Source of the DNA: an uncultured Gammaproteobacteria bacterium
GTDB lineage: Bacteria; Pseudomonadota; Gammaproteobacteria; Steroidobacterales; Rariloculaceae
DNA length: 64,000 nucleotides
Direction of reading: 5' to 3'
Assembly: GCA_963748045.1 (NCBI GenBank)
Contig: CAVVIC010000004.1
Span: 212,775-276,774, forward strand
Shown: in pieces, positions 18,411-30,971 of the stretch
Position numbering within the stretch: position 1 is the stretch's first letter
How the letters are laid out: the number at the start of each line of letters is the position of its first letter
Made by a program: the position numbers and the translations under genes
Notes under the pieces: model-generated
The model's database searches: none
Told to the model about the DNA's origin: nothing
The model's input: only the letters and a program-made list of their open reading frames with translations

Positions 18411-19343
18411 ATGAAAGCGTTCTTTTTGGCGTTTGGCGGCGTGCTGGCCTTCAGTGTTGCGAATGCTCAGGCGCCGCCGGCACAACCCGCGGCTCAAGGG
18501 CAGCCCACGCAGCAAGAGGTCAAGGTCGTCACCACGAAGCTCGGCGGCAACGTATACGGCATCGACGGCCAGGGCGGCCGTGCGGCCGCGCTCGTGGGGC
18601 CCGACGGCATCTTCCTCGTCGACGCACAGTTCGCGCGTGTGACGGACAAGATCGTCGCGGCGCTGAAGGAGCTGTCACCTTCGCCGATCAAGTTCCTCGT
18701 GAACACGCACGTGCATGGCGATCACACCGGCGGCAACGAGAACTTCGCGAAGCTCGGCGCCACCATTCTCGGTCGGCCGAATCTGCGCACGCAGTTGCTG
18801 AATCCGCGTCCAGGTCCCGGCAATGGCGCAGTGCCGCCGGTCGCGCCGCCCGCCGCGCTGCCGGTCGTGCTGTTCGACGCACCGACCGCGGTGTACCTCG
18901 ACGGCGAGACGATTCGGATGATTCCGCTGCCCGCGGCTCACACCGACGGCGACACGGCCGTGAAGTTCGAGCAGGCCGACGTGCTGATGACGGGCGACGT
19001 GTTCCGCTCGCAGGGGTTCCCGGCGGCGGCCGTCACGAACGGCGGCAGCTTCTTGGGCACGATCGAAGCGCTGACGCAGATGATCGCGATGGCCGGACCG
19101 AACACGAAGGTCGTGCCGGGCCACGGCCCCGTGGTCGACAAGGCTGCGCTCGTGTTCCATCGCGACATGGCCGTGACCGTGCGCGACCGCGTCGCGAAGA
19201 TGTTGCGCGAAGGCAAGAGCGCCGACGACATCCTGGCGTCGAAGCCGACGGCGGAGTTCGAGGAGAAGGTCGGCGGGCCGCCGAACTTCATCCCGCAGTT
19301 CGTCAACGGCCTGATCACCGAGCTCAGCGCCCAAAAGCGTTAG
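18411..19343 (+). CDS. MBL-fold metallo-hydrolase (periplasmic paralog 2)
   Basis: 310 aa from ATG 18411, with signal peptide MKAFFLAFGGVLAFSVANA. Carries LVNTHVHGDHTGGN, AAHTDGDT, VVPGHGPV and C-terminal SKPTAEFEEKVG. Intact. Confidence 0.85.
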   Translation: MKAFFLAFGGVLAFSVANAQAPPAQPAAQGQPTQQEVKVVTTKLGGNVYGIDGQGGRAAALVGPDGIFLVDAQFARVTDKIVAALKELSPSPIKFLVNTHVHGDHTGGNENFAKLGATILGRPNLRTQLLNPRPGPGNGAVPPVAPPAALPVVLFDAPTAVYLDGETIRMIPLPAAHTDGDTAVKFEQADVLMTGDVFRSQGFPAAAVTNGGSFLGTIEALTQMIAMAGPNTKVVPGHGPVVDKAALVFHRDMAVTVRDRVAKMLREGKSADDILASKPTAEFEEKVGGPPNFIPQFVNGLITELSAQKR

Positions 19344-19354
19344 AGCTACTCGGG

Positions 19355-20765
19355 CTACTCCGGCAAGACCCGCGCGGCATTCAGGATGCCGTGCGGGTCG
19401 AGTGCGGCTTTCAGCCGCCGCATGAGCTCGATCTCGGCCGCGTTGCGCGAGTGATGCAGGTACTGCCGGCGCAGCGTCCCGACGCCGTGCTCTGCGCTGA
19501 TCGAGCCACCGTGCGCGCCGACCGCCGAGTAGACGGTGTCGCACAGTCGCTCGAGCCCGTCGTGGCGGTGCGTAGTCACGGCGAGATGCAGGTTGTTGTC
19601 GCCGATGTGGCCGAACACGAGGTTCGTGACCGGGCTCGGCCAGCGCGCGAACTCGGCGTCGAGCCGCGCGAGAAAACCGGCCATCGCGTCGATCGGCCAA
19701 GCTGACGTCGAATGCGAGCATCGGCTGTAGCGTGGGCGTGACCTCGCCGATCGAGTCGCGGATCTTCCAGAAGCTCTTGCGCTTCGCGCAGCGACTGCGC
19801 GATCGCCGCGTCCGCGATGACTTCTGCGTCGAACGCGGCCTCGAGCAGCGGCTTCCAGGCGGGCCGCTCGGCGGCCTCGTGCGTGCCTTCGATCTCGATC
19901 AACGCGTAGAGCGGATACTCGCGGTCGAACGGCGACTGCACGCCGGGCGCGTGTGCCAGCACGTAGTGAAAGTACGAGGCCCACATGGCTTCGAACGCGC
20001 TGAGCGCGCCGCCGAGCCCGGTCTGTAGGCTGCGCAGCAGCTCGACGGTCGCGTCGAAGCCGCGCAGCGCGCACAGCGCCGTGACCTTGCTCGGTAGCTG
20101 CGGATACAGGCGCAACACGGCGCGTGTCACGACGCCGAGCGTGCCCTCGGTGCCGATGAAGAGCTGCTTCAAGTCGTAGCCCGCGTTGTTCTTCAGCATC
20201 TTGTTCATGGAGCTCACGACCGTGCCGTCGGCCAGCACGGCCTCGAGCCCGAGCACGAGGCTGCGCATCATGCCGAAGCGAATCACTTGATTGCCGCCGG
20301 CGTTCGTCGCGATGTTGCCGCCGATCGTGCACGAGCCGCGCGCGCCGAGGTCGAGCGGGAACAGGTAGCCGGCATCCGCCGCGGCTTGCTGCACGGCTTG
20401 CAGCGGCGTGCCCGCGCGCACGGTCATCGTATGCGCCGTGCGATCGAGCTCCTCGATGCCGGTCAGCCGCTCGAGCGACAGCACGAGCTCGCCCTGCTGC
20501 GGCGTCGCGCCGCCCGCGAGGCCGGTGAGGCCGCCTTGAACACGACGCGCTGCCGCGCGCGCGTGGCAGTCGCGCAGGATCGCGGCGACTTCGTCTGTGG
20601 TGCGCGGCTTGCAGCACCGCGAGCGGCGCGCACGCGTTCTCGTGGCTGAAGTCGACGTGTGCGCGCGTCGACCTCGGCGCCGTCGAGCACCTGGTCGGGC
20701 CCGAGCGTCGCGCGCAGCGTGTCGAGGATGTCGGGTTCATCGCCATTCTGGCACGCGGAATACAT
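19355..20765 (-). pseudogene. FAD-binding oxidase (GlcD / D-2-hydroxyacid dehydrogenase-like), at least five frame shifts
   Basis: Fragments in all three minus frames: PDILDTLRATLGPDQVLDG; GGATPQQGELVLSLERLTG; CTIGGNIATNAGGNQVIRFGMMRSLVLGLEAVLADGTVV; GYDLKQLFIGTEGTLGVVT; VFGHIGDNNLHL; GGSISAEHGVGTLRRQYL. Confidence 0.8.
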
Positions 20766-20801
20766 TAGATCGCCGACCGTTCCAGACGCGAGCGCCGACC
20801 G

Positions 20802-21435
20802 ATGATCGATCTTTACACGTGGACCACGCCGAACGGCCGCAAGGTTTCGATCATGCTCGAGGAGCTCGGGTTGCCGTATCGTGCGATCCCGGTCGACATC
20901 AACGCGAACGAGCAGTTCGAGCCCAGCGTTCTCGACGATCAGCCCGAACAACAAGATCCCGGCGATCGTCGATCACGACGCCGGCATCTCGCTGATGGAG
21001 TCGGGCGCGATCCTGATGTACCTCGCGAACAAAACCGGCCGGCTACGCGGCCGGCGGCAAGGACGGCTGGCAGGTCGTCGAGTGGTTGATGCTGCAGATG
21101 GGCAGCGTGGGGCCGATGCTCGGGCCAGGCGCATCACTTCCTGAAGTTCAACAAGGGCAAGTCGGAGTACGCCGAGAAGCGCTACGGCGACGAGGCGACG
21201 CGCATCTATGGCGTGCTCGACCGCCGGCTCGCGGAAGCCGAGTATCTGGCGGGCGAGTATTCGATCGCCGACATCGCCACCTGGCCGTGGATCGCGCGCT
21301 ACGAATGGCAGGACATCGACTTGACGCAGCTTCCCGAACGTAAAGCGCTGGTATCTCTCGATCGCGGCACGGCCCGCCGTGCAGCGCGGCTACGACGTGC
21401 CGAAGCACGTGGCCCCGATCCCGCTGCCGGCGTAG
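20802..21435 (+). pseudogene. yfcG: Nu-class glutathione S-transferase (YfcG-like), about four frame shifts
   Basis: [93 protein letters not shown]. Collinear with my recollection of E. coli YfcG. Frames run 3, 1, 2, 3, 1. Confidence 0.8.
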
Positions 21436-21505
21436 AAGCGTGCCGCCCGGCGCGCGTGCGTACTACAATGCCGGCCACCGTCCACAACACTCCATGGGGG
21501 AGCCA

Positions 21506-22476
21506 ATGAGCATCGTGCACAAAAAGGTACGCCTCGCGGCCGCGCTGTCAGGACTGTTCGCGGCCTCGGTCGTGCTCGCGGCGTCGATCAATCCGCCGAC
21601 GACTCCGCAGACGAGCCCGGCCATGAACGCCAAGGAGAAGGCCAATCTCGACATGGTGCTCGATTGGTGGCGCTTGGTGATCGAGAACGGCCATCTCGAG
21701 ACGACCGTGCAAGTACCAGGCCGTCGACTACATTCAGCACAATCCGAATCTGCCGACGGGCCAGGCTGCGTTCGTCGACTTCTTCAAGAACGTGGTGAAG
21801 GTGCCGGAGAAGAATCCGATCGCCGAGAAGCTGCAGCGTCCGCCGGTCGTCGCGGGGCGAAGGGCGACTTCGTATTCCTCGTGTTCGAGACCGAGCAGAA
21901 GAATCCGAACGACGCTTCACAGACCTACCATCAGCAATTCGTTCGAGATTCTGCGCATCGAGAACGGCAAGGTGCAGGAGCACTGGGACAGCGCGAAGCG
22001 CTCGAAGCTGCCGGACGGCACGCCGAAGCGCACGTTTCGAGCAGCCAAAGTCGTACTCCCGAGCGCGGCAGCATGGGTACGCTCACGGCCGAGGAGAAGA
22101 ACGCAATCTCGATATCGGCACGATGGAGCTGAAGGACATGCTGCAGTACGGCCATCTCGAGCTCGCCGACAAGGTCATGGACCCGGGCTACCTCCAGCAC
22201 AACCCGAACGTGCCGCAGGGCCGTGACGGCTTCAAGGCGTACATGGCCAAGGTGCCGGGGCGCACGCCGCAGGAGATCAAGCCCGAGTGGAAGAGTGCGC
22301 CGCTGATCACGCTCGTGAGCGGCCCTTACGTCGTGTTCATGTGGGAACGCAAGGACAAGGATCCGAACGATCCGTCGCAGGAATATGCCTGGAGCCACTT
22401 CGACGTCATTCGCGTCGAGGGCGGGCTCATCAAGGAGCATTGGGACGAGGCCGTGATCGCGCCGAAGGCGCCTTAG
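21506..22476 (+). pseudogene. Secreted protein with two tandem NTF2/SnoaL-like domains, about five frame shifts
   Basis: Signal peptide LAAALSGLFAASVVLAAS. Domain 1: EKANLDMVLDWW..AVDYIQHNPNLPTGQAAFVDFF..FVFLVFE..FEILRIENGKVQEHWD. Domain 2: EEKNAIS..MDPGYLQHNPNVPQGRDGFKAYM..VVFMWER..FDVIRVEGGLIKEHWD. Confidence 0.65.
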
Positions 22477-22480
22477 GCCC

Positions 22481-23443
22481 CTAGTCTCTCGATTCGCTCG
22501 GCGCGGCGGCGACGCTGCGCCGGGCTTCGTGCGCACCGACCGCGCGGCGCAGGGCACGAATGTGCTCCGGCGTCGTGCCGCAACAGCCGCCGACGATCTG
22601 TGCGCCGGCGTCGAGCCAACCCTCGGCGGCGGCCGCGAGTTCTGCGGGCGTCGCGGAACCCGCGTTCGTGCCGTCACCGATCTCGGGGTACGCGCCGAGT
22701 GGGCCGCGGTAACGCCGGCGCAGCGCGCCGAGCGCGGGCACCATCGCCGTCACCGGGCTGTGCATGACGGCCACGGCGTCCGGCGCGAGCGGCAATAGCG
22801 CGTCGAGGCAAGTGTCGAGCGGCACGAGCGGGAAGTCGAAGCCGACGAGCGCGTCGCCCGCGCCGACCCGGCAGCTGACACCGAGCCAGACCGGCAGCCC
22901 GGTGGTGCGCGCGGCCGCGAGCGCGAGCGGCGCGTGGTGCGTCTCCTGGAGCATCTCCACGATCAAGAGATCCACGCCTGCGTTCGCCAACGTGTCCGCG
23001 AGCTCGCGGTAGGCGGCATTCTCGACGATCTCGTCGGGGTACGCGTGCAGATCGAAGCGCGGCGGCAGGCACGAGATCGACCCCGCGACCGCGACCGAGC
23101 GGCCTGCGGCGTCCCGCGCCTCGCGCGCGGCGGCGACCGCGCGCTGGTTGACGGCGTTGAAGTCGGCGCCGTGGCCCGCGGCTTCGAGCACGAAGCGCGC
23201 GGTTCCGAACGTGCTCGTAGTGATGACGTCCGCGCCGGCGGCGATGTAATCGGCGTGTACGTTTCGCAACAGCTCGTAGTTTGCGAGCGGGACCAAGCCC
23301 GTCCAGGCCGTGGCGTCGAGCGCGGCGCCGCGCCGGCGCAGCTCGGTGCCGGTGCCGCCGTCGAGTAGTAACGTGCGGCCTCCACGCAACGAATCGGCCC
23401 AGGGAACGTTCATTGCCCCCATGGTACCAAGCCGCAGGTTCAC
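22481..23443 (-). CDS. mmuM: Homocysteine S-methyltransferase
   Basis: 320 aa, intact. Carries LLLDGGTGTELRRRG, HADYIAAGADVITTSTF and IVGGCCGTTPEHIRAL (zinc-binding GGCC motif). Start is ambiguous: GTG 23443, ATG 23422 or ATG 23413. Confidence 0.85.
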   Translation of the reverse strand: MNLRLGTMGAMNVPWADSLRGGRTLLLDGGTGTELRRRGAALDATAWTGLVPLANYELLRNVHADYIAAGADVITTSTFGTARFVLEAAGHGADFNAVNQRAVAAAREARDAAGRSVAVAGSISCLPPRFDLHAYPDEIVENAAYRELADTLANAGVDLLIVEMLQETHHAPLALAAARTTGLPVWLGVSCRVGAGDALVGFDFPLVPLDTCLDALLPLAPDAVAVMHSPVTAMVPALGALRRRYRGPLGAYPEIGDGTNAGSATPAELAAAAEGWLDAGAQIVGGCCGTTPEHIRALRRAVGAHEARRSVAAAPSESRD

Positions 23444-23513
23444 TCCGCGGCCACGACGTGTTTATACTCTGCCCCGAACGCAACGGAGATTGCGGACCAA
23501 CTGGGGGGGATCC

Positions 23514-23684
23514 ATGTCGCAGGATCAAGTACCGGGCACTAGCCCCGGTGGTGGGGATGCGCTGGCCGGTGTGCCCGAGCCTTGGGAGGCTTGGGAAACC
23601 GCGCTAGTGGCTGGCAGCATCGGTGTCGGGGTGTTCGCGCTCGTCGTATTGGGCTGGGCCGTCACGCAGTTCATCCTGCCATGA
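23514..23684 (+). CDS. Small single-pass membrane protein (56 aa), hypothetical
   Basis: MSQDQVPGTSPGGGDALAGVPEPWEAWETALVAGSIGVGVFALVVLGWAVTQFILP. The stop overlaps the next ATG (ATGA at 23681-23684). Confidence 0.4.
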   Translation: MSQDQVPGTSPGGGDALAGVPEPWEAWETALVAGSIGVGVFALVVLGWAVTQFILP

Positions 23685-23930
23685 CGAAGGTCGATGTCGA
23701 GCTCCGTTACGAGCGCGATCGTTGGCATGCGCGCGGCGTAGGGATAGAAGTAGTCCACGCGGAGCTGCGTGGAATCGAAACGCTGCTCGCCGTCGCAGCT
23801 CGCGACGGAACGCACACCGCTCGACGTGGAGCTGCGCTTCGACATGGCGGCGCTGCCGCGGTGGCTGCTGCAATATCACGGTCACTACTGCAACTACGTG
23901 CTGCACGTGCCGCCGCGAGGCGCGCAGGGC
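23681..23930 (+). CDS. Hypothetical ORF or N-terminal extension of the YeiH-like transporter (apparent frame shift near 23810)
   Basis: MTKVDVELRYERDRWHARGVGIEVVHAELRGIETLLAVAARDGTH in frame 2, then PLDVELRFDMAALPRWLLQYHGHYCNYVLHVPPRGAQG in frame 3. That frame runs without a stop into the transporter ATG at 23931. Confidence 0.25.
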
Positions 23931-25430
23931 ATGAGCACGAACCGCCGCTGGACCAGCGGCATGTTCGCGACGGAAGACTGGTGGTCCGTCTGGATCGGCC
24001 TCGCGTTGTTCGGCGCCGGCCTGTTGTCGCTTGCGGGGCTCGACCTCGTCGGCTGGATGGCGCGGCCGCGGCCGTGGGAGTGGACCGATCTCACCGGCGC
24101 GTTCGCATGGAGCAAGTTGTTCGCGGCGGCCGGCGCGGGCTACGCCGGCTGGCATCCGCTCGTTTCGTGGCTCGTGGCCTACGCGGTGTTCACCGCGCTG
24201 TTCGCGATCGGCGCGTACTTCCAGCGGCTCTCGGTGCGCCGGTTCGTGCTCGGTTTCAGCGCGCTGTACGCCATCACGTGGCTCGCGTGGATCGTCGGCA
24301 ACGAGCTGCATCTGACGATCGTCGACGCGGCCGTCGACGGCCGCAATCGCTATCGCGAGGCCGCGCTGTCTTGGGGCCTGCAGCTCGGCGAAGGCGCGCC
24401 GTACCTGCTCGCGTTGCTCGCGGGGCTTATCATCGGCAATTTCGCGAAGGGCTTTGCGGCGCGCGTTGCCGAAGCCGCGAAACCCGAGTGGTACATCAAG
24501 ACCGCGATCGTGTTCCTCGGCGTGAACCTGGGCGCGCAGACGATCCAGGCGAGCGCCTTCGCGCTCGATCTGATCCTGGCCGGCGCCGCCGCCACGTTCG
24601 TCGCGTACCTGTTCTTCTGGCCGATCGTGTACGCGGTCGCGCGCCGCGTGTTCCATTTTCCGCGCGACGTGTCGGCCGTGCTCGCGTCCGGCATCGCCGT
24701 CTGCGGCGTGTCGGCGGCCATAGCCACGGCCGGTGCGATTCGCGCGAAGCCGGTGATTCCGGTCGCCGTGTCGATGGTGGTCGTGATCTTCGCGATGCTC
24801 GAACTGATCGTGCTGCCGGGCGCCTACACGGCGTTCTTCCCGGACGCGCCCGTCGTGAACGGTGCGGCGCTCGGCATGACGGTCAAGACCGACGGCGCCG
24901 ACGCCGCGGCCGGCGCGTTGCTCGACGAGCTCATGATCGCTCGCCATCTGCAGCTGACGGGTGAGCACTGGCAGGTCGGCTGGATACTGAGCGCCGCGAT
25001 CCTGACGAAGATCTGGATCGACGTGTTCATCGGCGTGTGGGCGTTCCTGCTCGCGATCTTGTGGATCAAGAAGGTCGAGCCGCGCAGCGGCGCCGTGTCG
25101 ATCAGCCCGATGGAGATCTGGTTCCGCTTTCCGAAGTTCGTGCTCGGCTACTTCGTGGCGTGGCTCGGCTACCTCGCGATTGCGGCGGCCTGGCCTGCGT
25201 TGAAACCGGTGCTCGCGAGCGGCACGGCCGTCGTGCAGGGGCCGATGCGCACGATGCTGTTCATGCTGACGTTCGTCGCCATGGGCGCGATCACGGATTT
25301 CACGAAGCTGAAGGGCATGGGCAAGGTGGCGTTGCTCTATGGGCTCGCGCTCGTCGTCGTGATCGTGCCGATCGCGTATGCCGTCGCGTATCTGTTCCAT
25401 CGCGGGCTCATGCCACCGCTCGTCCGATGA
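23931..25430 (+). CDS. YeiH/UPF0324-family membrane transporter (putative sulfate exporter family), long form
   Basis: About 500 aa, polytopic, intact. Carries [25 protein letters not shown] and [22 protein letters not shown]. The frame is open back to 23769, so the start is uncertain. Confidence 0.75.
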   Translation: MSTNRRWTSGMFATEDWWSVWIGLALFGAGLLSLAGLDLVGWMARPRPWEWTDLTGAFAWSKLFAAAGAGYAGWHPLVSWLVAYAVFTALFAIGAYFQRLSVRRFVLGFSALYAITWLAWIVGNELHLTIVDAAVDGRNRYREAALSWGLQLGEGAPYLLALLAGLIIGNFAKGFAARVAEAAKPEWYIKTAIVFLGVNLGAQTIQASAFALDLILAGAAATFVAYLFFWPIVYAVARRVFHFPRDVSAVLASGIAVCGVSAAIATAGAIRAKPVIPVAVSMVVVIFAMLELIVLPGAYTAFFPDAPVVNGAALGMTVKTDGADAAAGALLDELMIARHLQLTGEHWQVGWILSAAILTKIWIDVFIGVWAFLLAILWIKKVEPRSGAVSISPMEIWFRFPKFVLGYFVAWLGYLAIAAAWPALKPVLASGTAVVQGPMRTMLFMLTFVAMGAITDFTKLKGMGKVALLYGLALVVVIVPIAYAVAYLFHRGLMPPLVR

Positions 25431-25462
25431 CCGCGAAACCGATCGCGAACGAAGGGCGGCTC

Positions 25463-27722
<2,260 letters not shown>

Positions 27723-27733
27723 ACTGCGGCGGC

Positions 27734-28617
27734 ATGGTGCCGACTCGGCTCCGCGACGGCCGCTCGCCCGCAACGTTGCTGCTTGGCCTGATCGGCGCGG
27801 GCATCCAGGCCTCGCGCACGCCGACGATGCACGAGCGCGAAGCGCGAGGCGCATGGCTTTGCGTGCACGTATCGTCTGCTCGATCTCGACGTGCTCGGCT
27901 ACGGCGCAGATTTTCTGCCGCTCCTGATCGATGCAGCCGAGCGCGCGGGTTTCGCGGGGCTGAACGTCACGCATCCGTGCAAGCAGACGGCGATTGCGCA
28001 CCTGACGGCGCTGGCGGATGACGCTCGCGCTCTCGGCGCCGTGAACACGGTCGTGCTGCGCGATGGCGCGCGAATCGGCCACAACACGGACTGGTGGGCG
28101 TTTCGCGAGAGCATGCGGCGCAGGCTTGCCGGACGCGTCGTTGCGCCACGTCGTGCAGCTCGGCGCGGGTGGCGCGGGCGCCGCGACGGCGTATGCGATT
28201 CTCGAGATGGGCGCCGAGCGAGCTCGAGCTCGTCGATACGGTGCCGGCGCGGGCGGAGGCGCTCGCGCGCCGACTCGACGCGCGGTTCGCCGGGCCGCGT
28301 GTTCGCCGCCGCGCCGTCGCGCGACGCGCTCGCCGCCGCCGACGGCCTGATTCACGCGACGCCGATCGGCATGGCGGCCCACCCCGGCATGGCATTGCCG
28401 GCGGAGTGGCTGCACGAGCGTCTGTGGGTCGCGGAGGTCGTGTACTTCCCGCTCGAGACCGCGTTGCTGCACGCGGCACGGGCGCGCGGCTGCCGCACGC
28501 TCGATGGCGCCGGCATGGCGGTGTGGCAAGCGGTCGAGGCGTTCCGCCTGTTCACGGGGCTCGCGGCGGATCCCGAGCGCATGCGAGCGCTTCTTCGTCG
28601 AAGCGGGTGCGCGATGA
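27734..28617 (+). pseudogene. Shikimate/quinate dehydrogenase family protein (AroE/YdiB-like), four to five frame shifts; 3' end uncertain
   Basis: LLGLIGAGIQASRTPTMHE; FAGLNVTHPCKQTAIAHL..LGAVNTVVLRDGARIGHNTDWWAF; VVQLGAGGAGAATAYAILEMGA; LIHATPIGMAAHPG; DGAGMAVWQAVEAFRLFTG. These fragments are spread over three frames. Confidence 0.7.
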
Positions 28618-29859
28618 GCGCGCGCCTCTGTTGCGCCGCCGCTGGCTGATCGGCGTGCTGTTGTTCCTCGCGACGGTGCTGAACTACGTCGATCGGCAGG
28701 TGTTCAGCATTCTCGCGCCGGATCTGCAGCAGGACATCGGCTGGTCCGAGCTCGACTACAGCCGGATCGTCAACGCGTTCCAGCTTGCGTACGCGCTCGC
28801 GTTGCTCGCAGCTCGGCGGCGTGCTCGACCGGATCGGCGCGCAGGCTCGGGCTCGCGTGGTCGATGGTGCTCTGGTCGCTCGCTGCGGCCAGCTCACGCG
28901 CTCGCGCGCACGCCGCTCGGCTTCGGGCTCGCACGGTTCGCGCTCGGCGTGACGGAGGCGGCGAATTTTCCCGCGGGGCTCAAGGCGATCTCGGAGTGGT
29001 TTCCCGCGCGCGAGCGAGCGCTCGTCACCGGTCTCTTCAACAGCGGAGTGGCGCTCGGCATCGTGCTCGCGTCGATCGGTGTGCCGCTCCTTTCCGCAGC
29101 TTTCGGCTGGCGCGCCACGTTCGTCGCGACCGCGGCGCTCGGCCTTTGCTGGCTGCCGTTCTGGCTCGCGATCTACCGCGACGCGACCGCTCGCCAGCTG
29201 CGCGCGCCGCGGCGGCCGCGGCGCGCGAGCGTGCGCCGCGCTGGCGCGAGTTGCTTAGGCTTCGCCAGACGTGGGCCTATGCGCTCACGAAGTCGCTCGG
29301 CGACCCGATCTGGTGGTTCTATCTGTTCTGGCTGCCGAAGTATCTCGCTGCCGAGTTCGACGTGCGCGGCACGGCCGTGATTCCGTATCTGACGGCCGTT
29401 TACGTCGCGGCCGACGTCGGTTGTCTCGGCGCGGGCTGGCTGTCGTCGGTGTTGCTGAAGCGCGGCTTCAGCCTGAACGTCGCCCGCAAGGGCACGATGG
29501 CGCTGCTCGCGTGCATCATGACGCCGACGGTCATCGTGGCGGGCACGCTCGACGATCCGCGGCTCGCGATCGCGCTGATCGCGGTCGCGTGCGGCGCGCA
29601 TCAGGCCTGGTCGACGATGGTGTTCACGATGGCCACGGATCTTTTTCCGAGCAGGATGGTCGGCTCGGTGTCGGGGTTCGGCGGTTTCGTGGCCGGAATC
29701 GTCAGCATCGTGGCGGCCGAATCGATCGGCCGCGTGCTCGAGGTCGACGCGACGCTGTATCTGCCGATCTTCGTGGCTGCCGGGCTCATCTATCCGGTCG
29801 CGCTCGGCGTGTTCCACCTGCTGAGTCCGCGCATGGAGGCGGTTCCGCCCTCCGCGTGA
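28607..29859 (+). pseudogene. MFS transporter (anion/hexuronate-type), at least five frame shifts
   Basis: WLIGVLLFLATVLNYVDRQVFSILAPDLQQDIGWS; LGFGLARFALGVTEAANFPAGLKAISEWFPARERALVTGLFNSGVALG; TWAYALTKSLGDPIWWFYLFWLPKYL; FPSRMVGSVSGFGGFVAGI. The start is tentative (GTG 28607). Confidence 0.75.
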
Positions 29860-30010
29860 GCGCGCGGACGCCGCCGCCTACGCCGCGGGGCTCGCGGTGG
29901 TAGGAAAATAGTCGATTCGACCGATAATGGATCGGGCCTCCCGGCAGTTTCTTCGCGCAAGCTCTGGGTCTCCAATTCACGGGGACATGTGGACACGCAA
30001 GGGAACTGCG

Positions 30011-30271
30011 ATGCCGGAGCTCAGTCGCTTTCTCGGGATCGTGATCACGATGTATTTCAACGATCACAACCCACCCCATTTTCACGTCCGCTACGACGCC
30101 CATCGCGCTGTCGTCGGCATCTCGCCTTTGGGGTTGCGAGAAGGCTATCTGCCGCCCAGAGTCTTGGGTCTCGTCATGGAATGGGCCGAAATGTATCAGC
30201 AGGACCTCGCGCGAAACTGGACAGCACTGGCTGACGAGGGTACGTTCACGCGAATCCCGCCCTTGGTTTGA
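30011..30271 (+). CDS. DUF4160-domain protein
   Basis: 86 aa, intact. MPELSRFLGIVITMYFNDHNPPHFHVRY is the characteristic N-terminal motif of this family. Paired with a DUF2442 gene 1 nt downstream. Confidence 0.8.
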   Translation: MPELSRFLGIVITMYFNDHNPPHFHVRYDAHRAVVGISPLGLREGYLPPRVLGLVMEWAEMYQQDLARNWTALADEGTFTRIPPLV

Positions 30272-30272
30272 G

Positions 30273-30533
30273 GTGACGCCGGTGATCATGGTGCTCGAGG
30301 CGCAGGCGCTCCCCGACTATCGACTCCGGCTGCATTTTTCCGACGGAACGACGGGCACCGCCGACCTCAAGGACTTCGTCTTCTCCGATCACCGCGCGAT
30401 CGTCGCGGCGCTACGCGAGCCGAAGGTGTTTGCGGCCATCAGGGTAGAGGCCGATACGGTTGTGTGGTCCAACGGCTTCGATCTGGCGCCGGAATTTCTG
30501 CGGTCCAAACTGCCTGCCGAGGCAGCTGCATAA
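30273..30533 (+). CDS. DUF2442-domain protein
   Basis: 86 aa (GTG 30273, or ATG 30288), intact. Carries YRLRLHFSDGTTGTADL and VEADTVVWSNGFDLAPEFL. Confidence 0.75.
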   Translation: MTPVIMVLEAQALPDYRLRLHFSDGTTGTADLKDFVFSDHRAIVAALREPKVFAAIRVEADTVVWSNGFDLAPEFLRSKLPAEAAA

Positions 30534-30633
30534 GATTCCACACCCGATGCAATTGCCCGGTCCTCCCGGCGTGCGCTAGGCTGACTCTCGAGTGCCGAAC
30601 CGCGAATCGGCACTCGTGCCGAAGGGGGATCTC

Positions 30634-30825
30634 ATGGTTGGTTCGTTCAAGAGCCGCACGGCCGTCGTGTCCGCGGCGTTGGCTGTGTTGGGCGCCGCAT
30701 GGCTTGGCGGTTCTGCAGCCGCGGAGCGGGGCATCGCTCCGGCGCCGGCGTTCAAGGCGCGACGACATGTGGGGCGTGTACCCGCGGCCGTCCGAGCCGA
30801 TCGGTTACGGCAGGCTGCGCGGTGA
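30634..30825 (+). CDS. Short secreted ORF, possibly a truncated remnant
   Basis: ATG 30634 is preceded by AAGGGGGA. A signal-peptide-like MVGSFKSRTAVVSAALAVLGAAWLGGSAAA is followed by Arg-rich text, 63 aa in total. No domain recognised. Confidence 0.25.
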   Translation: MVGSFKSRTAVVSAALAVLGAAWLGGSAAAERGIAPAPAFKARRHVGRVPAAVRADRLRQAAR

Positions 30826-30971
30826 CGGCGATCTCGCCGCCGCCGTGCATGCCGTCGATCTACAGTTCGTCGTGTAGGCTTCGGGAACGTCGAGAAGCGG
30901 TGGGGCGCGGCGCCCGGTGCGCCGGGTCGGCCAGCGACTGGTATTTTATTGTGCAACAGACTTGGGACTAA

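Noticed and set aside
23604-25400. 598-aa minus-strand ORF antisense to the YeiH transporter gene
   Set aside because: The composition is Arg/His/Asp/Glu-rich and low in complexity. It is the mirror image of a membrane-protein gene in a high-GC genome. No motif or start context supports it.
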